Assembly (NCBI GenBank): GCA_963758525.1 | Contig: CAVWVQ010000003.1 | Span: forward strand, 4,448,001 to 4,512,000 | DNA: 64,000 nucleotides | DNA from: an uncultured Phycisphaerales bacterium | GTDB lineage: Bacteria > Planctomycetota > Phycisphaerae > Tepidisphaerales > Tepidisphaeraceae | Direction: 5' to 3' | In this document: one piece after another, positions 12,932 to 24,789 of the stretch | Numbering within the stretch: the stretch's first letter is position 1 | Layout of the letters: every line of letters begins with the position of its first letter | Position numbers and translations under genes: made by a program | The notes under the pieces: model-generated | The model's database searches: none | Seen by the model: the letters and a program-made list of their open reading frames with translations, nothing else | What the model was told of the DNA's origin: nothing

Positions 12932-13297
12932 TCAGTCGCAGCACTTTTCCTTTTCACAGCATGCGCGGCCAAGTTCCTTCTTGTCCTTGGCAAGCTCGGG
13001 CACGTCTGTAAAACAGCAACCGAGACACTCGATAAGCTTTCGGTGAAAATCGCTCTTTGCCGGGGCGAGCTCGTAATACATCCAAAGCCCCTCTTTGCGG
13101 GCCGTCACAAGCCCGGCTTTTCGAAGATAAGCCAAGTGCCGCGAAACGGTCGGCTGCGGTGAACCAATCACCCGGACCAAATCGCAAACGCAAAGCTCCC
13201 CTGGCCTCAAGAGGTTCAGGATGCGGAGCCGCGTTCTGTCCGAGAAAGCTCGGAACATCGTGTCAACGCGGTTCTTTTTGGGCGCAACGCCATGCAT
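12932..13297 (-). CDS. arsR: ArsR/SmtB metalloregulator
   Basis: ELCVCDL box, QPTVSRHLAYLRKAGLV, C-terminal CC pairs. Confidence 0.93.
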   Translation of the reverse strand: MHGVAPKKNRVDTMFRAFSDRTRLRILNLLRPGELCVCDLVRVIGSPQPTVSRHLAYLRKAGLVTARKEGLWMYYELAPAKSDFHRKLIECLGCCFTDVPELAKDKKELGRACCEKEKCCD

Positions 13298-13426
13298 TCG
13301 CTTAGACGAATATAGTGCTACTCTGAACAGCGGTCAAGTTTCGTCGTTCCTTGGTGTCTTCTTCCCGTCGCGCCGCTGTCCCTCCGACCGCAGCGATCCG
13401 CGGCGGCGGATGCCTTCCCGGTCCTT

Positions 13427-14179
13427 CTATTGAGGTTGCCCCCGAACCACAGCCGCCGGCTCGTCGCGGGTCAACGCGGCTTGGAAATTTGGGTCGGTTT
13501 CCAGAGTACTCATCTGCATCTGGACAATTTGCTGACGTGCTTCCAACGCTTGCCGGGCAGCGAGCCGGATCTGGTCCGAATCTTTTTGGCCGCCGCTGCG
13601 CAGGGCAGCGACCTTCTGCTCGGCTGACGCAAGGCGCGCCACCGCCGCCCGGTATTCCGGTTGGCTGCTCAGTTCGGCCTGCATTTGTGAGCTGGCCGCG
13701 TCAATCTGTGCCCACATCGCGTTGCTGGTCCTGGGCGCCACCGTCGTTGCGGATGCGTCGGTGCCAGCGCGCACTGCACCGCTCGAACCGATCTGGCGGC
13801 TCCGGTTCTCGACTTCATTGAACGATGGGATGGCCGGCTGAATGGTCGTCGGCGGCGACACGTAGCCGATGGGCGAATCGGTCACCGGCACCAAGTCCTG
13901 CACCGGGTCGTCGTCGGTGACGGCAGATTCCGCGGCAGGTTCCGCGGTCGCGGCGCGCGCGCCGGCCGTCTTGTGCACTGGAACAGGAGCAGGCGCCGCC
14001 GCTCCAACGGTGGGGACCTTGGGAGGCTGCGCGGAACCGGTTGAACGATGTTTCGCCGTTGTCGATTTCGACGAGCCATGGGCCGGCTCCGGCGTCCCAT
14101 TCCCTCGTCCCGCTCCCTGGGCGGGCAACGCCAACAGTGCCAGCATTCCGCCAACGATGAATCTGCTGATGTGTCGCGT
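13427..14179 (-). CDS. Secreted low-complexity/coiled-coil hypothetical protein
   Basis: ORF 13427..14146; an 11-codon extension from ACG at 14179 completes a signal peptide. Confidence 0.55.
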   Translation of the reverse strand, partial: TRHISRFIVGGMLALLALPAQGAGRGNGTPEPAHGSSKSTTAKHRSTGSAQPPKVPTVGAAAPAPVPVHKTAGARAATAEPAAESAVTDDDPVQDLVPVTDSPIGYVSPPTTIQPAIPSFNEVENRSRQIGSSGAVRAGTDASATTVAPRTSNAMWAQIDAASSQMQAELSSQPEYRAAVARLASAEQKVAALRSGGQKDSDQIRLAARQALEARQQIVQMQMSTLETDPNFQAALTRDEPAAVVRGQPQ

Positions 14180-14409
14180 ACGTCACCTCATTTTCCCGCG
14201 GCACCAGACAAAGCTTGGGCCGCGATACGAAAATGAGGGGCAACGCCGATGCCAGCCCCTGCAATTTTCGCAGGAATCTGGCCGTAGCAAGTGTCTGATA
14301 ATGTGGAGATCCTACGCAATCGCCCGGCGCGGAAAAGTCGGGTCCTGCGTCAACCCGCGCACCGGATTCCGCTCCACGCGAGTCTGGATGTTTTCCAATC
14401 CGGGTCTGC

Positions 14410-15522
14410 TCACTTCCGCCGCCGCGGCGCGGCGGGTTTCTCCCGGCCTTGCGCCTCCGCGTGCAGCCAATCTTCTAACGCTCTCCCTTGCTGCCTGCCG
14501 CGGTGCTCCCAGATGTAGTAAGCGGCCACGGCAAGCCACTCGTGCGTGATCTGCACTGCGATCTCCGGGAACACAGGTGGGGCGCCGAGTGCCGGACTCT
14601 CGTTGACTTGTGGGGCGACGGTATGGGGAGCCGGGGCGACCTGCGGTGGATTGATTTCCCGCGGCACGTTGACCGCGGCATTGCCTGGCTCGCTGGCCGC
14701 TTCGCTGGCCGTGCCGGCGGAGGAATGCCGCGGCGCCGGAATCGACTCCGCGGGGGGCGGTGTCGAGACTGGTGTGGCTACCTTTGGGGCAGGAGCGACC
14801 GGTGACGCCTGCGGCTGCGGGGGCAAGTCCGCCAACACGGGGATAGGGGCTTTCCCAGTCTGCGAATCGGGAGACATCGGAATGTCGATTGTGCTGGGTT
14901 CCTCTGGGGAGCTCGAGTCTTCGCCGTGAAACCCTGTGGGGGGAGAGTCGGTCCCGATCGCAGGACCGAACCCTGATGAAGGGCTTGGCGACTGCGCCGC
15001 AGGCGTCGGAGGGGGCGCTACGAAGGTCTGATGCTGCGAGGAAACTTCCGGATATTGTGCCCATGCACTCTGAGCCGCCACTGCTTCCTGCAGCATGGCA
15101 TCAATCCCCTTATCCAAGGCGGCGCGTTCCGTCGGGATCATTGAACGACCCAACGCTACTGTCGCCCGTTCGACGATGACTCGGCGGAGCAGCCGGTCCT
15201 CCATCATCATCGCGCGGATGTCGAAACGATGTTGGAACGGGCTTGGCTCTTGTGCGGGGGAAGGTTGCGTCAGGTCGTCAGCGTCGTGCCGGGTGATGCG
15301 ATCCATCGCGGCAGCCATTTTTGCAATCATTGCAGGCAGGTGTTCTTGCAGTTCCTGGGATGGAAGACCAGTTGCCGGCGGGATGGCAGCTTGAATCGCA
15401 CCGATCCACGCTTCGACGATCTGGTTCGCCTGCGATCGCAGCGCACTTGCCAGTTCTGGCAACGGGCGATCGGTTGTCATCCCGGCAGCAGATTCCCCGT
15501 CTGATTCATTTGATTGTGCCAA
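14410..15522 (-). CDS. RsbRD-N-like helical domain plus Pro/Ser-rich linker plus C-terminal DUF2934
   Basis: LRSQANQIVEAWIGAI N-domain; AVAAYYIWEHRGRQQGRALEDWLHAE is the DUF2934 pattern. Confidence 0.7.
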   Translation of the reverse strand: MAQSNESDGESAAGMTTDRPLPELASALRSQANQIVEAWIGAIQAAIPPATGLPSQELQEHLPAMIAKMAAAMDRITRHDADDLTQPSPAQEPSPFQHRFDIRAMMMEDRLLRRVIVERATVALGRSMIPTERAALDKGIDAMLQEAVAAQSAWAQYPEVSSQHQTFVAPPPTPAAQSPSPSSGFGPAIGTDSPPTGFHGEDSSSPEEPSTIDIPMSPDSQTGKAPIPVLADLPPQPQASPVAPAPKVATPVSTPPPAESIPAPRHSSAGTASEAASEPGNAAVNVPREINPPQVAPAPHTVAPQVNESPALGAPPVFPEIAVQITHEWLAVAAYYIWEHRGRQQGRALEDWLHAEAQGREKPAAPRRRK

Positions 15523-15769
15523 CGGTCGCTCCTTTGGGGGCGGGGAGATTGCCGCTTCAAAATTTGGACGTTCGGCCGATTTCTTTCATTCTCTGTTGCG
15601 TGAACTTCGTGTTGGTCATGCAAGTCGCCATTGGAAACTGCTCCAAGAAAGCGAATGGACGATAGTCTATCACAAACCCGCCAGTCGCAGGACTTCATGA
15701 GGGCGCCACGCCCAGAGAGAATGAAAATGGGTTGCGTCTGGCATTGGGTAGCGTCTCATTTCAGAGCAG

Positions 15770-15890
15770 AAATGTCCAAGGCCCAATGGCCAACAAAGCC
15801 CCAAGGTCCAAGTCCCAAGGCTGGTTCTCGCATTGGTCATTGTGATTATTGTGATTTGGGATTTTGTTGGCCATTGGGCCTTGGACATTT
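15770..15890. repeat. 28-bp perfect inverted repeat enclosing 7-nt-periodic degenerate repeats
   Basis: aaatgtccaaggcccaatggccaacaaa (15770-15797) and its reverse complement (15863-15890). Confidence 0.85.
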
Positions 15891-15985
15891 CTTGGTCTCC
15901 CACACTCTTTTCGGAGCAGTTTTTGCGTCGCGGCGGACGCGGCGGCTACTTGTAAAATGCCTCTTAGCGATGGAAACTCGCGCAC

Positions 15986-16689
15986 ATGATCATGCTGACG
16001 GCTGACGAATCGCGCGTGCTGGGGGTGTTGGTCGAGAAGGCGCTGACTACGCCGGACCAATATCCGTTGTCGCTCAATGCGATCGTGAACGGGGCGAACC
16101 AGAAAAACAATCGAGATCCGGTGCTTGCCATGACCGAGCAGGCCGCGTTCGAGGCGGCGGAGGGGCTGAGGGAGAAGCAGCTTGCGGTGCGGGTGGATCA
16201 AGCCGGAGGACGGGTGCATAAATACCGGCATTCGGCGATGGAGACGCTGTGTGTGCGGACAGCGGAACTGGCGGTGCTGGCGGAACTGCTGATGCGCGGG
16301 CCGCAAACGCTGGGGGAATTGCGCGGTCGGGCCTCGCGGATGCATCCGCTGGAATCGATCGAGCGGGCGAAGGAAGTGCTCCGGCGCTGTCCGAACGGCC
16401 CGAGCCGTATGTGAAGGAGATTCCGCCGTCGCCCGGGAGCCGGGCTGAGCGGTACGTGCAGTTGCTCTGCCCGGAGCTTCACGACATCAGCGACGCGGCC
16501 CAGCCAGCATCCTCGCCGGCGCTGAGCGGGTCACCGGCGGGCAACCCGTTGGCCACGCGTGTAACGCAGTTGGAGGCGGAGGTTCGATCGCTCCGCGACC
16601 TGGTTGCAAAACTGGCGAGCGCGGTCGGGGAGGAAGCGATCGCGCGGGAAGTGGCTGCCCCCGCGAGGCCAGCGCAGTCACAGTTGTAA
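15986..16689 (+). CDS. yceH: YceH/DUF480 family protein; frameshift near 16385
   Basis: RVLGVLVEKALTTPDQYPLSLNA, NQKNNRDPV, LLMRGPQTLGELR, then ERYVQLL in second frame. Confidence 0.85.
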
Positions 16690-16712
16690 ACCCCTGTTCT
16701 GGGACACGAGGC

Positions 16713-17114
16713 TCATTCCTTGGGACCTTTCAGTTCCTTCGCCCGCTTAGGCTTGCCGCCCAAACCACGATGCGTTTGGCCCTTTGGAACTTGAATCTTC
16801 GGTCTCGGGTGAGTGACGTTGCCGCCCCAGTCGATATTCAAGTGATCACCGTTGGGTAGCTGAACGTCCCATTCCCAATCTTCAGCCTCGGTGCGGGATG
16901 GCCCCTTGCGCCAACGCCGACCTTTCGAGTCGATGTACTCGCCATTGGAATTTTTTCTAAGAGGTTGGTTGGATCGCCAGTGCCTTGGAGGGACGAACGG
17001 GAATCCGCCGCCGGTCGGCAAATTGTGATCGCTCAACACCTGCCGCTTAAGCTCTTCCTCGTCCTGAACTGCATCGTCAGCGGGTTGAAGCGGTTTCTCT
17101 TCGTGCTTCGCCAC
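16713..17114 (-). CDS. Stand-alone Ntox17-like (polymorphic toxin RNase) domain
   Basis: YIDSKGRRWRKGPSRT..WEWDVQL...HLNIDWGGNVTH matches my recollection of the Ntox17 signature. Confidence 0.7.
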   Translation of the reverse strand: MAKHEEKPLQPADDAVQDEEELKRQVLSDHNLPTGGGFPFVPPRHWRSNQPLRKNSNGEYIDSKGRRWRKGPSRTEAEDWEWDVQLPNGDHLNIDWGGNVTHPRPKIQVPKGQTHRGLGGKPKRAKELKGPKE

Positions 17115-17126
17115 GATACCCCCTGG

Positions 17127-17582
17127 CTAAGCGACGAGCGTGCCGTTCCCATCGGCGTCAACTCGCACACGCACTGTCTTGCCGCCGCCATAAATGACAT
17201 CTTCAGGAACTGTTTGGCCGGTGTCCCATAGGGCTTGCCCATTCAGCACGAACGTTTCCTGAATCGAGGGAAAGTAGACGGAGTAGGTCCAATCTCCATT
17301 AGAATTCTGCGCATCCAAGACGATGCCCGTGCGTCCTCGGGCTAAAGCCACTTCATCGGCCTGTCCGACGGCAACCACCTTGGCGTACTCGGGCAGCGGT
17401 ACGCGCGGGCTACGTTGCGAACGTACCACCGCCAGTATCCCCGTATGAACAAGCTCATCCAGAATGATACGCATTTCACCGACCATCTGGACAAGGCTCG
17501 CCAGCTCGGTTGGCTTTGCCCGCGCGGAGCGCGGGCGCTTTCGTAAGGCCGGTGGTTTGCGTGTTTTTTGAGCTGTCGCCAT
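17127..17582 (-). CDS. Imm31-like immunity protein with N-terminal extension
   Basis: GRTGIVL...WTYSVYF...LWDTG...IYGGGKTVRVRVDADGNGTL. Confidence 0.65.
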   Translation of the reverse strand: MATAQKTRKPPALRKRPRSARAKPTELASLVQMVGEMRIILDELVHTGILAVVRSQRSPRVPLPEYAKVVAVGQADEVALARGRTGIVLDAQNSNGDWTYSVYFPSIQETFVLNGQALWDTGQTVPEDVIYGGGKTVRVRVDADGNGTLVA

Positions 17583-17816
17583 CGTTCCTCCCCGGAATTA
17601 TCCTCTGGCTCGAGACGAAAGTCGAGTTACCGGAAACGAATGAACAAATCTGGTGATGTCTATTTTTCACGCGTCTATTGGTCAGCTATGATCCGCGGTT
17701 TGCCGGCGATCAGCCTGTGGAGATCGTCGCTGAAGGAGCGTTCCCTGACGGAGCGAAATCGCAGGAGTCGCCAGCAGGCGGCTTTTTTCGAACAGATTCC
17801 GGCTCATTGTAATTGA

Positions 17817-20093
<2,277 letters not shown>

Positions 20094-20224
20094 TAGCCGC
20101 CCCGTGCCAGCCGGCGAGAAGATTTCCCCGAACGCCGAGGGTCTTGCACCCTCGGATAATCTCGCTCGCCCTTGTCGCGAGGAGCCAGGGTATCCGCTGT
20201 CGCATGCTCGCGTCCGGGCGCGAA

Positions 20225-20923
20225 CTATGAGCCGAGTCTGCTTCTGCGTCGACGTGAGAGCAATACGGTCGCAACGGCCCCGAGCAGACTGAGCGATGCA
20301 GGCTCGGGAACGGCGCCGCCCGGCGCGGTGAGTTCGCCGGAGATCGCGTAGAGAAATAAACCGTTGCCGGCGCCGTAGGTGCCGTCGTCCCAGCGAATAC
20401 CACCAGGATCGGAAGGGTTTCCGAAAACCGGGCTGGCACTGCCTAATTCATTTCCGGTCGCGGTGGCGCCGTCGTTAAGCGTGCCTGTCCACGCGGGGAG
20501 TACCGTATTGCCACCCGCCTCACCGATCCCAGGCACCGAAGCGGAGAAGAGCGCGGCCAGGTCGGAGGCGATCAGCACCTCCTGGTTGGACGCATTTGAA
20601 GCCTGGAATATCGCAGGGTCGTCAGCGGCAGGCAAGGCGATGTGATCGATCGCGGAAACGCTTGACGTGGAACCGATCACTTGCCAGGTTGTTGTCAACC
20701 CGGCGAAGCTCGGATTGGCCGTCGCATCCACGGTGACGTCGGCGTCGTAGTCCGCAATATTTGACGAAGTAGCTGAATAAAGATTATTTGTTAAAAAAAC
20801 CAGGCGATACTTTTCGCCCGGAGTAGCGTCGGTCGGCACGATGCCATTCGCCAGCGCTGACGATGCGCACAGGAGCGCCGTTGCTGCCGCGATAATCCCA
20901 TTCTTCAAAGCGATGATCTTCAT
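20225..20923 (-). CDS. PEP-CTERM sorting-domain protein
   Basis: Signal peptide MKIIALK...ALA; C-terminal VPEPASLSLLGAVATVLLSRRRR. Confidence 0.9.
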   Translation of the reverse strand: MKIIALKNGIIAAATALLCASSALANGIVPTDATPGEKYRLVFLTNNLYSATSSNIADYDADVTVDATANPSFAGLTTTWQVIGSTSSVSAIDHIALPAADDPAIFQASNASNQEVLIASDLAALFSASVPGIGEAGGNTVLPAWTGTLNDGATATGNELGSASPVFGNPSDPGGIRWDDGTYGAGNGLFLYAISGELTAPGGAVPEPASLSLLGAVATVLLSRRRRSRLGS

Positions 20924-21271
20924 ATGCACTTTCTCCACATTGATTATCGATTGCCCATGAGGTGTGTGTGTAGCATCTCCGGTCGGCGTTCCTCGCACCG
21001 ATCGGCACATCAGCCAATTCTGTTGGCGGCCGGTTAAAAACGGCCTGCATCGAGAAGCTACAGTGGAACGACATGACCCCGCGGCCACCGACTTGGCCAA
21101 CCCACTGCCTCTGCGCGAGCGGAATGAAGCCCAACATCCGCGCACTGTTTTAGCGAGCGGGAGCGTAACTCACATGGAGCTGGATCGCAAGAGACAATTT
21201 TTTGATATTTTATATTATTGCTCGGCAGCAAAATCTGCGGGCTGACTCCGGTTGAGGCAGATGGCCGGGTG

Positions 21272-21631
21272 TCATGCCGGAAGGAAGCCACGCAGGGCGC
21301 GGGTGAACAGCTCGGCACGTTTCAATCCAGAGCGATTGGCGTAGGCGTCTGCCTTTTTAAGCAGGTCGCGCTCCACACTGAGCGAAATGACTTTGACCCC
21401 ACGGCCGATCTTCGGCCGGCCCATCCGCTTTTTCTCCCGCTTCACCTCGGCGCGTTCGGCGGTATTGAGCGGGCGCATCTCCTTGCGATGCTTTCCCTGC
21501 TCATAGAATCGGGCGACTTTTTCCTTATCCTCGGCGCTGAGGGCGTCGAACTCGGTGCCGTTGCTGAAATCGGGGAAGTCGTCCGCTGCACCGGTCGTCT
21601 GTTTCCCGCGTGCCCTTGTAATCTTGCTCAT
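21272..21631 (-). CDS. Antitoxin-like protein with C-terminal ribbon-helix-helix (BrnA/CopG-like)
   Basis: GRPKIGRGVKVISLSVERDLLKKADAYA; directly downstream of BrnT-like gene. Confidence 0.65.
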   Translation of the reverse strand: MSKITRARGKQTTGAADDFPDFSNGTEFDALSAEDKEKVARFYEQGKHRKEMRPLNTAERAEVKREKKRMGRPKIGRGVKVISLSVERDLLKKADAYANRSGLKRAELFTRALRGFLPA

Positions 21632-21655
21632 GTCTATCGCTCCGTGCCTCCGGCA

Positions 21656-21937
21656 TTACCGGTAGGGCATTGCGTGGATGACGTAGAAAGTCCCATCCGG
21701 GTCCTTCACGTACACCACTTCAACCTTGCGCCCGCTGATTCCGCGGCCGTGGACAACCCACGAGCCCTTGCGATGTCTGCGATGTTTTCTGGCATTCCGC
21801 ACCACGCGTTCGGTCTCTTCCGGTGTGACGCCGTGCTTGGCGATGTGTTGCACGTTCCACGCGTTCCATCGGAACTCGACTACCACAAGTTTATTATAGA
21901 ATAAAGTCCGGCGATGGTCAACGACTGAGTTCTGCAT
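21656..21937 (-). CDS. BrnT/DUF4258-like toxin (start uncertain)
   Basis: EFRWNAWNVQHIAKHGVTPEE...VVY...YVIHAMP. Confidence 0.75.
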   Translation of the reverse strand: MQNSVVDHRRTLFYNKLVVVEFRWNAWNVQHIAKHGVTPEETERVVRNARKHRRHRKGSWVVHGRGISGRKVEVVYVKDPDGTFYVIHAMPYR

Positions 21938-21971
21938 CGTTGTCAGACCCCCAAACGTCGCCGGTTGCAGC

Positions 21972-22077
21972 TTGGGCGAAGTCTATGGCAGCGCCAATGC
22001 GCAGAATAAAATTCGTCCACGATTTCGTGGGGGCCTGGGATCAGGTCATGACCCTCGATCGGTTTGATCCGCCGTGA
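21972..22077 (+). repeat. Degenerate duplicate of the last ~105 nt of katG
   Basis: gaagtctatggcagcgcc...ttcgtccacgatttcgtgg...gtcatga.cctcgatcggtt.gatc..tga matches 19989-20093. Confidence 0.9.
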
Positions 22078-22110
22078 TGCGGGCGGTGCTCATTCGGCTA
22101 GGATAACGCC

Positions 22111-22791
22111 ATGGGCAGGTTTAGGCGGGCAAGAACTATTGCGCTCCTGGCGGGGCTGGTTGTTTGTCTGATTGTTGCCGGCGCCTTTCTCACACCCACA
22201 CAGCGATGGTCGGATTCCGGCAGTCAGGGGACGACACCGATTTGTTTCGCGCACACCGCAGACGCCGCACGCACGCTGATTGCCGAAGGCGCGGATCCAA
22301 AGGTTCGGAGCGATTACGCTGCGACGCCGCTTCATTTCGCAGCCGGCCGTGGCGACTGGGAGGTGGCCGCGGTCTTGATCGCGGCCGGCGGGGATGTGAA
22401 CGCCAGGGATGTCACGGGCGACACGCCTTTACACTGGGCCACATGCGAGAATTGGGATCCGGATGAGGGCAAGCACTGCAGTGCCGGACCGTTTGATCCG
22501 CAACGAAAGTTACGCGTTGCCCGCCTGCTGGTCGAGCATGGCGCCCGCGTCAACGCGGCCGGCGCTTTCGGTGGGAAGACACCTTTGTTCGAGGCAGTCA
22601 GAACGAATGTGGAGCTGACCCGATTTCTCCTGGATTCTGGCGCGTCAGCAGACGCACGCACGTCCGATGGGTACGCACCCCTGCATCAAGCGATGAATGC
22701 GGAAGTAGTTCGGCTGCTGATTGAGCACGGCGCGAAAGTGAACGCGCGAGAACGTCTGGGAGCAGCGCACTCCGCTCTATTTTGCACATGA
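22111..22791 (+). CDS. Ankyrin-repeat protein (possibly C-terminally truncated)
   Basis: TPLHFAA, GDTPLHWA, GKTPLFEA, GYAPLH, GADP/GARVNA; N-terminal hydrophobic anchor. Confidence 0.88.
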   Translation: MGRFRRARTIALLAGLVVCLIVAGAFLTPTQRWSDSGSQGTTPICFAHTADAARTLIAEGADPKVRSDYAATPLHFAAGRGDWEVAAVLIAAGGDVNARDVTGDTPLHWATCENWDPDEGKHCSAGPFDPQRKLRVARLLVEHGARVNAAGAFGGKTPLFEAVRTNVELTRFLLDSGASADARTSDGYAPLHQAMNAEVVRLLIEHGAKVNARERLGAAHSALFCT

Positions 22792-22947
22792 GCCGGACGT
22801 GATTGCGGAACTGACAAAGGCCGGTGGCACCAAATAGCGCATCCTAATCGCAAAACGGGACGGCATTTTCCGTATTCAAAACGAGGCATCTTGGACCATG
22901 CCGGATCTGCCGATATAATAAAGTATAACTAAAAACGTGGAGGCGGC

Positions 22948-23202
22948 ATGATGGTCATGGTGAAGAAGCTGGGCGGCAGCGTTGCCGTTGTCATCCCCAG
23001 GGCATTGGCGCGCGAGATGGAACTGGTTGAAGGGACTCCGCTGGACATCAGCGTCGACGCCGCGGGCATTGTCCTGAGGAAGCAAGGGCGTCGGCCGCGG
23101 CGCTCGTTGCGCGGGATCGTGGCGCGGATCGACCCGAAGAGCTACCGCCGTCACAGTCGCGAGCTGTCGGAAGACCGGCCTGTCGGAAGGGAGATCTGGT
23201 GA
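22948..23202 (+). CDS. mazE: AbrB/MazE-family antitoxin
   Basis: VKKLGGSVAVVIPRAL; ends PVGREIW; overlaps the toxin start. Confidence 0.9.
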   Translation: MMVMVKKLGGSVAVVIPRALAREMELVEGTPLDISVDAAGIVLRKQGRRPRRSLRGIVARIDPKSYRRHSRELSEDRPVGREIW

Positions 23203-23555
23203 GCAAGCGAACCTACCATCCCGATCGCGGCGATTTGATCGAAATGAACTTCCAACCCGCGGCCGGCCGCGAGATCGACAAGCGACGTCCCGCCGTCATC
23301 CTCAGCCCCGTGACGTACAACCGTCGCTCGGGCATCTGTCTCGCCGTGCCCACCACCACCGACTTGACGCCTGGCCCGCTCTGGCTGCCGATGCCCGCCG
23401 GTTACCTCGCTTCGCCGAGTCTCATTCTTTGCGACTACGTCAAGAGCTTTGACTACCGTGAGCGATCCGCATCTTTCATAAACCGGCTGCCTCTTGAACT
23501 GGTCGAGCAGATCATCAGCAACATTCTGGACCTGATCGACCCGGCCTCGGTATAG
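23199..23555 (+). CDS. mazF: PemK/MazF-family endoribonuclease toxin
   Basis: PDRGDLIEMNFQPAAGREIDKRRPAVILSP..YN, DYVKSFDYRER. Confidence 0.92.
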   Translation: MSKRTYHPDRGDLIEMNFQPAAGREIDKRRPAVILSPVTYNRRSGICLAVPTTTDLTPGPLWLPMPAGYLASPSLILCDYVKSFDYRERSASFINRLPLELVEQIISNILDLIDPASV

Positions 23556-23603
23556 TCGATCCCTGACTGTCGCGGCATGGGCCCGGCCGCGACGATAGCG
23601 CGC

Positions 23604-23639
23604 AAAAGAAAAGAGGCGCTCGTTTGCACGAGCGCCTCT
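23604..23639 (-). terminator. Intrinsic terminator after the slipin gene
   Basis: agaggcgctcgt-ttgc-acgagcgcctct hairpin followed by a T-tract on the minus strand. Confidence 0.75.
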
Positions 23640-23642
23640 GAC

Positions 23643-24770
23643 TCACTCCTTATTGGCAACCAGCCCGCGGATCTGCTCCGTCAGATCCCCGTTGCCGAAG
23701 ACGAACGTCGCCTTGGTGCCGGCGAGGACTTCCTTCAGCATTTCCAGCTCCTTGAGCCGGGCAAGCTGCGGACTCTCCGCCAGCAGCTTCGCCGTGTTGG
23801 CCTGGCTGCGGGCGGCGGCGGTCTCTTCACGCCGCTTGATCAGGTTCGCCTCGGCTTCCTTCGTCGCTGCGATCACCTGGTTCAAGAGCGTCTTCATGTC
23901 GCCCGGCAGGATGATGTCCCGCAAGCCGACACTCTTCACCGCCACGCCGATTGCCTCGGCGCGCGCGGCCAATGCCTGACGCACTTCCGCACCGACCGCT
24001 TCCTTGTCGCCGAGCAGCGCATCGAGCGTCTTGGTCCCGACGGCCGCCCGGAGAACCAGCTGCGCTTCGCGGTAGAGCGCCTGCGCGTAATCGCCGACGC
24101 TCGTCACGGCCTTCACGGCATCCGTAACGACCCAGGTCACCAGCAGGTTCACGCGGAGCGTGACCTTATCACTGGTCATGATTTCCTGGCCCGCGACGTC
24201 GGCGACCTGCTCCCGGCGGTCGATCGTCTTCCAGGTCACCTTGCCGGTGCCCTTCCAGAAAACGTGCAACCCGCCAGCGAGCCGATCGACGAGAATGCCG
24301 TCGCGGTAGAGAAGCACATCCTCTTCCGCGCTGACCATGACCCCGTCGAACCACTTGGTCGCATCCGGCGACGCCAGGATCGTCTGGAGCTTGGCGTGCT
24401 CGAAGCGGAACGATTCGATCGAAAACGTCTCGACGTTCAGCTTCGCGGCCGTCTTCCAAAACGCGTAGCGCCCGGGTCCGAGGATCGCGAACAGCCGGTC
24501 ATCCTTCCAGACGACCGCCCGCTCCCCGTCGGCCAGGTCCACGACCTGCAGTGCCTCGCGGAGCTGCGCGTTCACGAGCAGCACCTCAAGCAGTGCATGC
24601 TCGAAGCGGGTCTTGAGCGTGTCGGCGATCTCGACCTTGTCCCCGTTTACTCCACGGCCCAGGCCGAGCAACCACCGCGACTTGACGTGGGCGCCGGGCA
24701 TGAGCAATTCCGCGAAGTCTCCATCACGGAACCACAGTCCACGCTCGTGCTGACGAATGCGAATCTTCAC
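23643..24770 (-). CDS. Slipin-family SPFH/band-7 protein
   Basis: Repeated ERG.L..DG...LGPG.Y.FW units, GQEIMTSDKVTLRVN, RDIILPGDMK, RREETAAARSQANTAK; GTG start with GAGAGG RBS. Confidence 0.9.
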   Translation of the reverse strand: MKIRIRQHERGLWFRDGDFAELLMPGAHVKSRWLLGLGRGVNGDKVEIADTLKTRFEHALLEVLLVNAQLREALQVVDLADGERAVVWKDDRLFAILGPGRYAFWKTAAKLNVETFSIESFRFEHAKLQTILASPDATKWFDGVMVSAEEDVLLYRDGILVDRLAGGLHVFWKGTGKVTWKTIDRREQVADVAGQEIMTSDKVTLRVNLLVTWVVTDAVKAVTSVGDYAQALYREAQLVLRAAVGTKTLDALLGDKEAVGAEVRQALAARAEAIGVAVKSVGLRDIILPGDMKTLLNQVIAATKEAEANLIKRREETAAARSQANTAKLLAESPQLARLKELEMLKEVLAGTKATFVFGNGDLTEQIRGLVANKE

Positions 24771-24789
24771 GATGCACCTCTCTTTCATT

